From a virus (lineage: Duplodnaviria; Caudoviricetes), in IMG/VR virus record IMGVR_UViG_3300025808_000004, positions 1 through 60,558 of that record: a stretch of DNA of 60,558 nucleotides, one strand, 5' to 3'. Under the pieces are notes generated by a model. The model was not told the origin of the DNA. It did not search any database and saw only the letters and a list, made by a program, of their open reading frames with translations. Positions 19,066 to 28,226 of this stretch are shown in pieces. Position numbers and translations under genes: made by a program. Each line of letters starts with the position of its first letter. The first letter of the stretch is position 1.

Positions 19066-20636
19066 CAGTTGTCAGTCTCTTTGGTCGGCCCAGGGGTGCT
19101 GCGTTTGGTTTTTTGGCGCGGGTCTTCCGGATTTCCGCGCCCATTGTCCAGGTTGTTCCCGTTTCCCGGGTCTGGCTTTGTTGGATCGAGCACAGTCCCC
19201 ATAGTGAGGGCCCGCTCGCCTTCGATTTCGGCCATTTCCTCTTCGAAGGTTTTGTGGGTAAGGTCTTTCTTGCGGAAGTGGTCATGGATCGACCTGAGCG
19301 ACAGCGGAGCACCCATTGCCTTCGACTGCATGAACTCCAACACGTCCTGACCAGAGAACATGTCATCGGTGAAATCAAGGTTGGGTTCGACAACTACCTG
19401 TTTAGGGTCTTCGCCGATCCATTCAGCGATTTGACGCAGAGCGCGCTGAAGCCCCTCGCCGCTCACGAGTGCAAGGGTACGGAGCGTTGTGGTCCGGGCA
19501 GACACACGGATGCGGAGAGCATCGCCAGACTGTCGGGAACTGTCACCGAAGTCCAGAAGACGAGCACCACGTTCTGCAGCCTGTTCTTTGTCAGCTTTGA
19601 GGCTCTCACGCTGCTCAGCGAGACCATCAGCAGAAACGCCAATAAACTTGGCGTCTCCCCCGAGGGGAACTTCAATCCGGGCGCCAGAACCCACACGAGT
19701 ACTTGTGCCATCTTCATCATCGTCGATCACTGCTCCAATAATCACGAGAGTGTCTTGGCCCTGCATGAACAGGGTTTGCCGGTAGTCGGCTTCCCCACGA
19801 TAAATCGCCAGGGTCAGGTTGGACAGACCAATCAGAACGGGTGGCTCTGGAGCACTTTCCAAATCGCCTGCGTTGATGAACGTGAATGGAATGTAAGGCA
19901 GACCATTGCCGGCAATTTGGGGCTGGACTGCCATGGCATTTGCCAGCAGTCCGTCTCTCCCGCGAACTGATGCTACCCAAAAGTGGTCACCGACGGGACT
20001 GATTTCCCGGTCGGAACTGAGCAGGGTGACCAGGTCACTGTTTGGCGCCAACAGCACCCGATACTTCTCCTGCTCTTCCCAGGTAAAGTTGACCCGCTCG
20101 TGCTCAGTCTCGTCCAGTACTAGGAAGTCAAGGTCAGACTTGTTGTCCTCGCGTTTGCCTGTGTCCCAGTTGATGATATTCTTCGCCACGTAGGTAGCAA
20201 TGTAAGGAAGGGCTGTCGGGCCTTCTCCAGAATGAACATCGACCAAGAGACCAAAACGTGAATGACGGAGCTGATGGAAATGGATTTGCCGGAGCAAGGT
20301 GTTCAGTGAGTGACCCTCGGCCGTAATCCGTTCTCGCAGTGGCTCCATGCGCGCCGGCAGTTTGATCTGGGCAGGCTTACGGTTCATGAGGTCCACCATT
20401 GTGGTAACGGCATCCTTCACGAAGTCGTGATAAACCGCACGGGTCCTGTAGGCCTGATAGGCTTGATAACCAGGCTGCTTGTCCGTTTGCATACCATCTG
20501 CAACCATACCTGCTGTCGGAGGCAAGTAGGCCACTCCAGCGTTTTTGACGACACGTTCGCCATCATAGGTGTCACTCATCTGCTGCCAATCCTCGACATA
20601 CAGCTCGTAGAGCGGGTGCTTTTCACTGACTGACAT
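19065..20636 (-). CDS. portal protein (DUF4055 type)
   Basis: HPLY...W..M.D.YDGE..VK.AG..YLP, Y.AYRTRAVY, IINW, IPF.FIN; follows TerL. Confidence 0.88.
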   Translation of the reverse strand: MSVSEKHPLYELYVEDWQQMSDTYDGERVVKNAGVAYLPPTAGMVADGMQTDKQPGYQAYQAYRTRAVYHDFVKDAVTTMVDLMNRKPAQIKLPARMEPLRERITAEGHSLNTLLRQIHFHQLRHSRFGLLVDVHSGEGPTALPYIATYVAKNIINWDTGKREDNKSDLDFLVLDETEHERVNFTWEEQEKYRVLLAPNSDLVTLLSSDREISPVGDHFWVASVRGRDGLLANAMAVQPQIAGNGLPYIPFTFINAGDLESAPEPPVLIGLSNLTLAIYRGEADYRQTLFMQGQDTLVIIGAVIDDDEDGTSTRVGSGARIEVPLGGDAKFIGVSADGLAEQRESLKADKEQAAERGARLLDFGDSSRQSGDALRIRVSARTTTLRTLALVSGEGLQRALRQIAEWIGEDPKQVVVEPNLDFTDDMFSGQDVLEFMQSKAMGAPLSLRSIHDHFRKKDLTHKTFEEEMAEIEGERALTMGTVLDPTKPDPGNGNNLDNGRGNPEDPRQKTKRSTPGPTKETDN

Positions 20637-20647
20637 CGCTTGAACCT

Positions 20648-22291
20648 CTAGTAATGGCCGGTAGTGCGCCCGGACTTGATGTTACGCTTCTTGAACCGGA
20701 CACGATACCTGCATTCGTCACCAATGTGATCCTCGGCATCGGAGTCCACATCATCCATGTTGTTTTCGTCACGGGGAAGTGTCGGAACAGTTCGGACGAA
20801 TTGGTCACAGGTTTTGAAGACAAACAGGCCCGGGCGTTCACGCAGCCCCTCTTCTGGCGGCGTCCGCTTCTCGGGCGGAACAGCTGCCTTCATCATGGTG
20901 CGCATCTGCTCCCAGCCTTGCTTCCGTGACCCTGGGCTCTTGTCCGAATACTCCCAGGTAATACCTGGATAGAGCTGGTTGTTTATACGAACTGGCATGC
21001 CCATGTCCGTGGCTTTGGACTTGGCATTCGGGTCGTCCTTCTTTCTGCCTTGCTCATCGTCGAAGATGGCATTGTCTGCTGGTCCCGGACGAATACGACA
21101 CCAGCGACGGTTATGGGCTCGACGCCATCCCATCTCCAGTTCATATTCAACAATCCCCCGGGCGATCTCTGTTGCCAGCAACCTGGCACCCTCGTTAGGT
21201 TTACCAGTCCAGCCATACCATTCAGCAATGCGGAACAAATCCCCATGCACTGTCGATCGGCGATGGCCGAAGGCGTCTGTATAGTCAGAGCCATCACTCT
21301 CGGCCCACCACCCAACGGAGAACGGAGCACTCGAACCCCAGTCAAAACTGCGGTCAATCCGCCAACTTTCAGGGATTTTGAATGGCTCTGTGAGGATATA
21401 ATCCTTGCCCATATACCAGATGTCATCGAACATGCCACCAGCAACGATGTCCCACGACCCGTCAAGCCATGCAGCAAGTTCCGCAGGGTTTCGAGCAGCA
21501 GTGCGGATATTCCTCTTGTAGTCAGGGTCAGCGGTTAGCAGGACCTTATTCTCATCCAGATAACCATGAATGGCAACACGTGGGAGTTCAAGTTCCCCGG
21601 CCTCATCCTTGCTGTCCGTGATGATCTTGCCAATGATACGGCTCTTATGCACGGGCAATTGATAACGCATCTTCACCCAGTTATGTCCGACGCCATAAGG
21701 GTTGGTCGTCGCCCGCACTTTGCGAGGCATGCCAACTTTCGTAGAGCGGAGGCAGGAGAACATGGATTTGAAGCACTTGTCGTCGGGCCAAGTGGTAAGT
21801 TCTTCCCAGCCGATGAACGGATAGGCATGGCCATGATACTTGTAATAATCAGAGGGCTTTGCAAATTGACGAAAGTAAAGCTTCTCGCCAGTGGGCCATT
21901 CCCAGAAAGACTTGGTCTCGTTATATCTAGCCCCAGGCCAGATACGAGGAACCCATTTGCGGGATTTCTCGATCACGTCCTGCAGATCAGGATAGCTTTT
22001 GCGGAAGATGATGCCACGCCACTCCACGCCCCAGCCCTTGCCAACATCTTGACAGAAATCCATAATGAGAGCATCAGTCTTCCCCGGGCCGCGTGTTCCT
22101 TCGTAGAGACACTCAATAATAGGACAGCTAAGGAACGCCTCTTGAGACCCGGGCTGTGGTGCCCATACAACCTTCTCGGCACGGCCATTGGGCTTGATGA
22201 CATAAGCCACCAAACCATCGTCAGTCTTGCGCCACTCAATACGAGAGGCACCGAGTTTTATCTCATCTGAGCCACCAAATGAAACGCTCAT
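20648..22291 (-). CDS. terL: terminase large subunit
   Basis: WAPQPGSQ, Walker A YEGTRGPGKT, Walker B IGWEEL, TTNPYGVGH, nuclease SFDWG and EDHIGD; start placed at ATG 22291. Confidence 0.93.
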   Translation of the reverse strand: MSVSFGGSDEIKLGASRIEWRKTDDGLVAYVIKPNGRAEKVVWAPQPGSQEAFLSCPIIECLYEGTRGPGKTDALIMDFCQDVGKGWGVEWRGIIFRKSYPDLQDVIEKSRKWVPRIWPGARYNETKSFWEWPTGEKLYFRQFAKPSDYYKYHGHAYPFIGWEELTTWPDDKCFKSMFSCLRSTKVGMPRKVRATTNPYGVGHNWVKMRYQLPVHKSRIIGKIITDSKDEAGELELPRVAIHGYLDENKVLLTADPDYKRNIRTAARNPAELAAWLDGSWDIVAGGMFDDIWYMGKDYILTEPFKIPESWRIDRSFDWGSSAPFSVGWWAESDGSDYTDAFGHRRSTVHGDLFRIAEWYGWTGKPNEGARLLATEIARGIVEYELEMGWRRAHNRRWCRIRPGPADNAIFDDEQGRKKDDPNAKSKATDMGMPVRINNQLYPGITWEYSDKSPGSRKQGWEQMRTMMKAAVPPEKRTPPEEGLRERPGLFVFKTCDQFVRTVPTLPRDENNMDDVDSDAEDHIGDECRYRVRFKKRNIKSGRTTGHY

Positions 22292-22293
22292 CC

Positions 22294-22494
22294 TTACTGA
22301 GCCTCTCTGGGGCTTGGCTTGTGATCCAGGATATACCCAGTGTGGCATCCTGCAGTGCCGACAAACACTATCAGGGCAGCACTTGCCTCTTCAGGCGTAT
22401 CATACCAGCCGATGCACTTCTCGCCGGACTGCAGGACTATGTAGCCCCGTACTTCATAGCGACTGATAATAGGAGTTGCGGAAGATGTCAGCAT
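22294..22494 (-). CDS. hypothetical protein
   Basis: Fills the gap between its neighbours with tight spacing on the packaging-operon strand. Confidence 0.5.
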   Translation of the reverse strand: MLTSSATPIISRYEVRGYIVLQSGEKCIGWYDTPEEASAALIVFVGTAGCHTGYILDHKPSPREAQ

Positions 22495-22497
22495 GGG

Positions 22498-23025
22498 TCA
22501 CCCCTGATCCAGGAGGCGACGTTGGAGTAGAAGTACACCGGCAATCAGACCGGGTTCCCATTGCCCCACTGGGTAGGTGATGCTGAGGCGGTCGTCGTCT
22601 GTTTCTGCCGCCACGACCAGAGCACGAATTTTGCCCTGCTCTGCCAGCGTGATGAATGGAGCAAACTCGCCCAGAGCGTATTCCCGCAGTTCTTTCTGCG
22701 TGGACCCGCCGGCATTCGGCTTAGGCCTATAGCTTTCGAGAATAACCAGGCTGCTGTCTTTAAGCTCGGTGCGCACCGTTCGTGCTTCGGTCTGCTGTAT
22801 CGATCCAGGGGACTGTTGAAGCGCCTGAGCTTCGAGCATTTTGGTCAGCACGTCAAGATCTTCTTGCTGGATTTGGACCATGGCATGATTGTCCTTGCCA
22901 ATGCCAACAATGGCTTCGAGAGGGCGTGGAGTGCGAGACACAGGTGCCTGCTGCAGCCTTGCGCCCCTCAGGAGGACCGCAAGAGCTTGTTCAGGGGTAA
23001 TATCAGGCAAGGGGGTCAAAGCCAA
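22498..23025 (-). CDS. hypothetical protein
   Basis: Overlaps the end of terS; GGAGGA RBS before TTG starts. Confidence 0.6.
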   Translation of the reverse strand: MALTPLPDITPEQALAVLLRGARLQQAPVSRTPRPLEAIVGIGKDNHAMVQIQQEDLDVLTKMLEAQALQQSPGSIQQTEARTVRTELKDSSLVILESYRPKPNAGGSTQKELREYALGEFAPFITLAEQGKIRALVVAAETDDDRLSITYPVGQWEPGLIAGVLLLQRRLLDQG

Positions 23026-24019
23026 GGTCCTCCAGCTCTTCAGGGGTCAAGTCGTTCACGCCGCGCATGCTATACTCCCTGCCATTCGGCCCGGATTGCA
23101 TCAGCTGGGGATGAGACAACGGCCGGCGGTTCGCGCCCTTGCCCTGCTCCTTGTTCTCCATCTGCCACTTCAGCAGGTCAGCGGTCTTGCGCTCCAGCTC
23201 GGGGTCCTGGGCCTCAGCCTTCTCGCGAATTTTCCGTTCCATGATGGCCCGAACTGAGGAACTGCCGGTGCGCTTTTCCAGCCCGCTGACCGGGTCAACC
23301 TCATTCGGAGGCATCTCTGAGGGATACACGGGTGTGCCCTCGAGTGTCTTCCCATCGGCATTGTCCCGGAACCGTGCGGCCCAGTCGTCAGCGCTGAGGT
23401 TAGCTTGGTCGCTCTGGGGAATGGCTAGCACACCACCAGTGACGTGCGCCTCGATCCGCATATTCTCGCGGAACTTCTCGGGCCGGCGGGCCTTCAGCAG
23501 AACCTCCAGCAGGCGATCACTGTAGCGCCGGACAGTGAGCGGGATGGGCCGGTTGTTCTCATCCAGCTCAAGTTCGCCAGTTTTAGCATCGCGCACGAAG
23601 GCCTGAATGCCCTTATGAACGATCGGCTCCTCATATCCAGCCACAGCACGCCGTTGTGCTTCCTGCTCCAGATAATCATTGCCAATCTCCAATGCCGCAT
23701 CCCAAGCTTCATGGAACTCTGCGACCAAGAGAACCCCGTCATCATCAAGGCCACCCATGTCAATGGTGTATCCAGGATACCCGTCCTCACTACGGCGCTT
23801 CCAGTAATACATGAGCCAAGGCGTGACACCACAGCGACGGGCGGTCTCGGAGACATTGGCGCAATCTGCAAATTCTGCTATCACCTGTTCCAGCAGAGCC
23901 TTGGACCGTTTCTGGTTGTGTTTGGACTGGTCCGAGTTCTTGGGATAAGCAGGGCGGTGCATTGCCATTTTGGGGCGCCTGTGGTTTTGGATTGGTTTTA
24001 AGCCATTTAGCCTTATCAT
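23003..24019 (-). CDS. terS: terminase small subunit with long C-terminal extension
   Basis: N-terminal HTH (NVSETARRCGVTP..MYYWKRR), EA.RRAV.G.EEP, YSDRLL..LLKARRPEKFRE; ends FDPLA; start uncertain. Confidence 0.8.
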   Translation of the reverse strand: MIRLNGLKPIQNHRRPKMAMHRPAYPKNSDQSKHNQKRSKALLEQVIAEFADCANVSETARRCGVTPWLMYYWKRRSEDGYPGYTIDMGGLDDDGVLLVAEFHEAWDAALEIGNDYLEQEAQRRAVAGYEEPIVHKGIQAFVRDAKTGELELDENNRPIPLTVRRYSDRLLEVLLKARRPEKFRENMRIEAHVTGGVLAIPQSDQANLSADDWAARFRDNADGKTLEGTPVYPSEMPPNEVDPVSGLEKRTGSSSVRAIMERKIREKAEAQDPELERKTADLLKWQMENKEQGKGANRRPLSHPQLMQSGPNGREYSMRGVNDLTPEELEDLGFDPLA

Positions 24020-24173
24020 GTTGTAGGCGTATACCAGCGTTGGCTGTTAAGAGGTTCGCCTTATTGCAAGAGTAGAACCGAATTTTTGGTCCCATGACTT
24101 TTTTCCAATATTTTTGGAGACTCTCCATATGTAAACCCTGCTGGGTTTCAATCCTGTCCTAATCCCAAATTGC

Positions 24174-24357
24174 CAAATTATTCATCGTTGTGGAGGCCCG
24201 TTCTCGGGTTTTCAAATTATTCATCGTTGTGCAAGAACAGGCTTGGGAGGAGGGTCCCGTTCTCGGGTTTTCAAATTATTCATCGTTGTGCAAGAACAGG
24301 CTTGGGGGGCCCCGTTCTTGGGTTTTCAAATTATTCATCGTTGTGCAAGAACAGGCC
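24174..24357. repeat. direct-repeat array at the late/early divergence (candidate packaging/terminus site)
   Basis: CAAATTATTCATCGTTGTG at 24174, 24213, 24272 and 24327; three ~50-bp units CCCGTTCTYGGGTTTTCAAATTATTCATCGTTGTGCAAGAACAGGC. Confidence 0.9.
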
Positions 24358-24421
24358 TGGGGGCCCTATATACAGTGCCTAGGGGCCCCCTATCCCCACT
24401 ATATATATGAGAAAAATTCGT

Positions 24422-24450
24422 TTTACATTTCAATAATGACAGGTCATAAT
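24422..24450 (+). promoter_or_regulatory. sigma70-type early promoter
   Basis: TTTACA-17-CATAAT with an AT-rich upstream region. Confidence 0.75.
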
Positions 24451-24536
24451 AAATAATAAGAAAGGAGGACCAATATACTCTTAGGCTCTTAAAATAGAAA
24501 CGCTCCACTCTGGGGCCCAATGGAGAACTACCCAAA

Positions 24537-24731
24537 ATGACTCGCCTCTATACAGTGTCCAATCTGGACGCCAGCCTGAACATGCCTATTGTCATTGACA
24601 CTGAGACAGGCCTTCAAAAAGGTGCCATTCTGTCAGTCTTCACAAATGGCGACTTTGAGGTTCTGTTTTCTGACAGTGACACCATCGCCCTGTTCAACAT
24701 TTTTGATCCTATGGTCAAAGTGTTCATCTGA
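24537..24731 (+). CDS. first early protein, hypothetical
   Basis: GGAG RBS; first ORF after the early promoter. Confidence 0.7.
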   Translation: MTRLYTVSNLDASLNMPIVIDTETGLQKGAILSVFTNGDFEVLFSDSDTIALFNIFDPMVKVFI

Positions 24732-24765
24732 CACCACCCAAGTGTGACAAATACAACGCACACAT

Positions 24766-24789
24766 ACCTTTGAGGATGGCCTCAAAGGT
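24766..24789 (+). other. perfect intergenic hairpin in the early mRNA (possible RNase III or stability element)
   Basis: ACCTTTGAGG-ATGG-CCTCAAAGGT; a similar 12-bp hairpin lies at ~25084-25112. Confidence 0.5.
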
Positions 24790-24808
24790 CAACCAATGGA
24801 GCTATACC

Positions 24809-25075
24809 ATGTCCACTGCTTTCAAGAACTGCACCCAAGTGGTGAAGAGCCTTCTCATTGAAGGCACTCTGTCCTATAAGGCTATTGCCAATCAGGCCAG
24901 AGTCCACTTCCCATTGGCCAAAACGACAGACAAGTCTGTCGCCTCAATCGCCAGAGATATGAGAAAGGCTGGCCTTCTTGGCAAGAGAGTTCTGGCCACT
25001 CAGCCTCTTGAAGAAGAACAGCTCAGCATGTTCCCTATCTTTGAAGCCCCTGAGTTTCAGCTGGCCCTGATCTGA
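24809..25075 (+). CDS. early wHTH-like protein with a beta-clamp-type motif (QLSMF)
   Basis: Start at ATG 24809 (GGAG); FPLAKTT motif shared with 27108 and 46706; EEEQLSMF near the C-terminus. Confidence 0.7.
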   Translation: MSTAFKNCTQVVKSLLIEGTLSYKAIANQARVHFPLAKTTDKSVASIARDMRKAGLLGKRVLATQPLEEEQLSMFPIFEAPEFQLALI

Positions 25076-25151
25076 AGAGAGTTTGTCTAGGCACTTGTAG
25101 AGTGCCTAGACATCCTACAAGTGTCCAGTCATGACCTGATGGAGAAAACCC

Positions 25152-25463
25152 ATGTCCTACTTTTGCTACGCTCCCTACAATGGCCTTAAGACCCAGCGAG
25201 GTTCAAGGCCCATCACAAACGAGAAATGCCTGCAGTTCTACAAAGAACACACCTTCAATACCCTGCTCCTGCGTAGGATCAAAAACCTCTACACCCATGA
25301 CTACTCCAAGTCTCACTCCATTGAGGTAGAGATCGCCACAGGGGAACACAAATGTGAATACTGGTACAAACGCATGGATTTCCCAGGCACCCTTGTGGCT
25401 AAAGAAGTCGCCCAAATCAAACGGGCCATCGACGCCCTCGACCTGACACCCTTCAAGGAGTAA
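25152..25463 (+). CDS. hypothetical early protein
   Basis: GGAG RBS; operon spacing. Confidence 0.7.
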   Translation: MSYFCYAPYNGLKTQRGSRPITNEKCLQFYKEHTFNTLLLRRIKNLYTHDYSKSHSIEVEIATGEHKCEYWYKRMDFPGTLVAKEVAQIKRAIDALDLTPFKE

Positions 25464-25468
25464 CGCTG

Positions 25469-25690
25469 ATGAACACCTGCTACATTCTGACCATCACAGA
25501 TACTGCCAATTTTGACCGGGTTGAGCATCATTCGGTTTGGGATACCTACGCCCACGCGCACGTGCGCGCGATCCTTATTACCTCTCGTCTGGTCCTCCGG
25601 GACTCTGGTTACGGGTTGGGTAACACCTTTGATATTGACATCTGTCAGATGCCCATCAACACGGCGTCCAATATGGGGGAGCAACGCTGA
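25469..25690 (+). CDS. hypothetical early protein
   Basis: AAGGAG RBS; stop overlaps the next start. Confidence 0.6.
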   Translation: MNTCYILTITDTANFDRVEHHSVWDTYAHAHVRAILITSRLVLRDSGYGLGNTFDIDICQMPINTASNMGEQR

Positions 25691-25995
25691 TGCCCAGACT
25701 GGCCCCCATAAATATTGCCAGCCAGTTCCCTGATTACCCCATCAGTGCCTTGCCTGCATTGTGGGACTGGGAAGACGTGAGCTGGCACAATGACGTTTGC
25801 CCTTCTTTCCGCAAGGGTAATCTGCTAGTCTGGATTGACTGGCCTGATCCGAGGGAACGTGAGGATTTTGACGGGCGGAGGTTCATTCTGTGCAGGCTTG
25901 ATGCTGATGGGTGCCTGCCTATGAACGACGCTACCATACTGGAGACGGACAACTGGGAGGAAGTGCTGGTTTTCTCATCCGGGTGCCAGCGTTAG
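25690..25995 (+). CDS. hypothetical phage protein (W.D.SWHND.CPSF motif)
   Basis: GGGGAG RBS; Trp-rich motif resembling other phage early proteins. Confidence 0.65.
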   Translation: MPRLAPINIASQFPDYPISALPALWDWEDVSWHNDVCPSFRKGNLLVWIDWPDPREREDFDGRRFILCRLDADGCLPMNDATILETDNWEEVLVFSSGCQR

Positions 25996-26017
25996 TGCCA
26001 GCGTTAGTGCCAGCGTT
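25983..26017. repeat. 12-bp tandem repeat x3
   Basis: (GTGCCAGCGTTA)x2 plus GTGCCAGCGTT, spanning a stop codon. Confidence 0.85.
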
Positions 26018-26183
26018 GCCAGTCCAATAGCGTAATAGTTGGACTGGGACCCTCAATACTGGCGGCGCATTTTGGGCCCATAACACTATCTATGTGTCCA
26101 ACGATCACAACAGAGGATCTTCTCAATGGGTGCCTCGACCAGAGACATCCATTCGGGCAATCCTGCCCCTAACGGAGACTACC

Positions 26184-26366
26184 ATGTCCAAAATCATCTA
26201 TGCCCTGATCGTCATTGCCTCGCAAGGTGGTCAGCCTGAATACGAGAAGGTCTATTCGACCGAAGCGGGTTGTGAGCGTGGTGCCACGACCCAGACCACT
26301 GAAAAGAGTGCGACCGCAGCTTGGTGTGTCGCCCTGACGATCGACCTCACCCAGCCGGAGAACTGA
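26184..26366 (+). CDS. small protein with a hydrophobic N-terminus and two Cys
   Basis: GGAG RBS before ATG 26184; MSKIIYALIVIA...GCE...WCV. Confidence 0.6.
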   Translation: MSKIIYALIVIASQGGQPEYEKVYSTEAGCERGATTQTTEKSATAAWCVALTIDLTQPEN

Positions 26367-26370
26367 GACC

Positions 26371-26661
26371 ATGACACACAAAGACCCTATCCGTGGCATC
26401 CTGCTGGATGAGCTCGAAACTGTCACCCAAGCGATCGTCCAAGGCGAAAACCTGGACCACTGGCTTGAGCGCCTGCGCGACGTGAACCACGCCTTGCAGT
26501 CCCTCGAGAACACCCTCTACATGACAGATCAGGAACGGGCAACACTTCGCCTGCTCCTCGAGTTACACGAAGGTGCCTACGACAGCGAGGAAAAAGATGC
26601 ACCCTTTGATCTGCAGGCGCATGGAACCCTGCTGGCGAAGGTTCGGACGGCCCGGGCTTAA
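26371..26661 (+). CDS. hypothetical protein
   Basis: GGAG RBS; helical sequence. Confidence 0.6.
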   Translation: MTHKDPIRGILLDELETVTQAIVQGENLDHWLERLRDVNHALQSLENTLYMTDQERATLRLLLELHEGAYDSEEKDAPFDLQAHGTLLAKVRTARA

Positions 26662-26738
26662 TTGACCGGTTCGGAGGGTGTCTTGAGTCTTCATGGCTTT
26701 AGCCCTAAACAAATCTTCAAACACCCTCCAAAAAACAC

Positions 26739-26767
26739 TTTACAAGCGCTGTTTAACAGTCTATTCT
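26739..26767 (+). promoter_or_regulatory. sigma70-type promoter
   Basis: TTTACA-17-TATTCT. Confidence 0.7.
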
Positions 26768-26792
26768 ATGATTGTGAGACAGTGTAACTGCT

Positions 26793-26815
26793 CACTAAAC
26801 ACTAAACACTAAACA
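26793..26815. repeat. 7-bp tandem repeat x3 in a 5' leader
   Basis: (CACTAAA)x3 CA. Confidence 0.75.
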
Positions 26816-26836
26816 TCAACCCTAAGGACCATACCC

Positions 26837-27022
26837 ATGACAACTGACAAAACCTGCATGGTCGTTCTTGACCAAAACTCCAATATCAGGTTCTTCTGCC
26901 CTGAAGCCATGGCACGTGCCATTGCCACACAGCCCAACACCGAAATCACCCAAGACGACAACTTCGGCCTGGTGGTTGTGGCCAACCACAAAGCTGGCGT
27001 GCTGGTCGACCTCCACATCTGA
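26837..27022 (+). CDS. hypothetical protein
   Basis: AAGGA RBS downstream of the promoter. Confidence 0.6.
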   Translation: MTTDKTCMVVLDQNSNIRFFCPEAMARAIATQPNTEITQDDNFGLVVVANHKAGVLVDLHI

Positions 27023-27107
27023 CGCGAAACAAGCCCCCCGGGGCTTGTCTGCAGGTATCGCGCAAGTCCTGCACTGATGAGCAAGCGCCCAACCTAGGAG
27101 AACTTCC

Positions 27108-27605
27108 ATGTCCACTCTGAATGAGATGACCATCAAGGAACTGATCACCAAATACAACGAGTTGGTGCCTGACGCTGCTGCCCACATCATGAAGTGGCAT
27201 GGCCGCAAGGATCTGCTGATCGAGAAGGTCGCCGGCATGATCCAGGCGACCAGGGGCACGCTGACCATCAAGTCGGTCTCTGATGCCCTGCTGACGACCA
27301 TCGACTACATTGACGAGGCTGGCAAGCCGATCGGGTTCACCTACGACTATGTGCTGGCGAAGGTGCTTGAGACCTTCCCCGACGCCAACACCACGGTCAA
27401 GTGCTTGCGCTGGTATAACACCAAGCTGAACAGCGACCCGAACGTGAAGATGCCGGTGCGCCCGCGGAAACGCACGGTTGAGGTCGAGGTTGACCAACTG
27501 GATCAAGCGCATATCATCGATGCCAAGCCGACGGCTGTGGACGACGATCACCCGACGTCTGACATGAAGGATGTGCCCGAAGCGGTTGCTGATCCGCTTC
27601 TGTGA
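27108..27605 (+). CDS. wHTH-like DNA-binding protein (FPDANTT family), ends DPLL
   Basis: AGGAG RBS; FPDANTTVKCLRWYNTKL. Confidence 0.75.
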   Translation: MSTLNEMTIKELITKYNELVPDAAAHIMKWHGRKDLLIEKVAGMIQATRGTLTIKSVSDALLTTIDYIDEAGKPIGFTYDYVLAKVLETFPDANTTVKCLRWYNTKLNSDPNVKMPVRPRKRTVEVEVDQLDQAHIIDAKPTAVDDDHPTSDMKDVPEAVADPLL

Positions 27606-27683
27606 GTCTGCTTGGCTGAAAAACCCAGCATAGCCCCAGGGTAATTCCTGGGGCGCCCCAGGGCACCACAAAGGAGAACGGCT

Positions 27684-28070
27684 ATGCCCTATTACAACAC
27701 TTTCTATCAGGGTCTTGATGACCTCTGCAAGGCACTATCCAACACTCCAAACCCTGACCCGAAGGGCACCCTTGGCCGATGCCTTAGACTCTACTTTCGC
27801 TCGCAGGAAGCTGCGAAGAAATTCGGGTTCATTGGCGTAGGTTGCATTACCTTCGCTGAGGCGCGTCTGGTCGAGTTTCAACGCCGAGCACTTGGCTTGA
27901 AGCATCGGATCGGTGACCGAGTGACAGTCCGACAATTTTGGGGCATCTATGAAGCCGAGATTGTGGGCTATGGTTCTGAGCACAACGGAGCAAAAGCCAT
28001 TCCGGTCTATGACCTGAAAACCCCAACGGGCGACCTGCGCTGGGCCTACAAGGATCAGATCGATGCATGA
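27684..28070 (+). CDS. hypothetical protein (SH3-like C-terminus)
   Basis: AAGGAG RBS; IGDRVTV...AEIVG...VYDL...RWAY.DQI. Confidence 0.65.
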   Translation: MPYYNTFYQGLDDLCKALSNTPNPDPKGTLGRCLRLYFRSQEAAKKFGFIGVGCITFAEARLVEFQRRALGLKHRIGDRVTVRQFWGIYEAEIVGYGSEHNGAKAIPVYDLKTPTGDLRWAYKDQIDA

Positions 28071-28226
28071 CTCCTATACCAAGTATGCGTGTGGGATCAT
28101 CACTAACACAGGGCCTTCTTGGTCCTGTGTACCTACGCCCTGGTCCCGGTTCACGGACCTGTGCGTCCTCGTAGCCAGCTACTTACTGCTGGCCCTCAAG
28201 CTTTATCTCATCTGGAGGACTCTAAC

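Noticed and set aside
19056-19970. Long antisense or alternate-frame ORFs (e.g. 19056..19970+, 41048..41860-, 17118..17867+, 26946..27671-)
   Set aside because: They are shadows of well-supported genes in GC-rich, codon-biased DNA and show no recognisable motifs
24174-24357. Mini-CRISPR array
   Set aside because: The units are ~50 bp and separated by only a few G-rich bases, not 25-45 nt unique spacers; the position fits a packaging site
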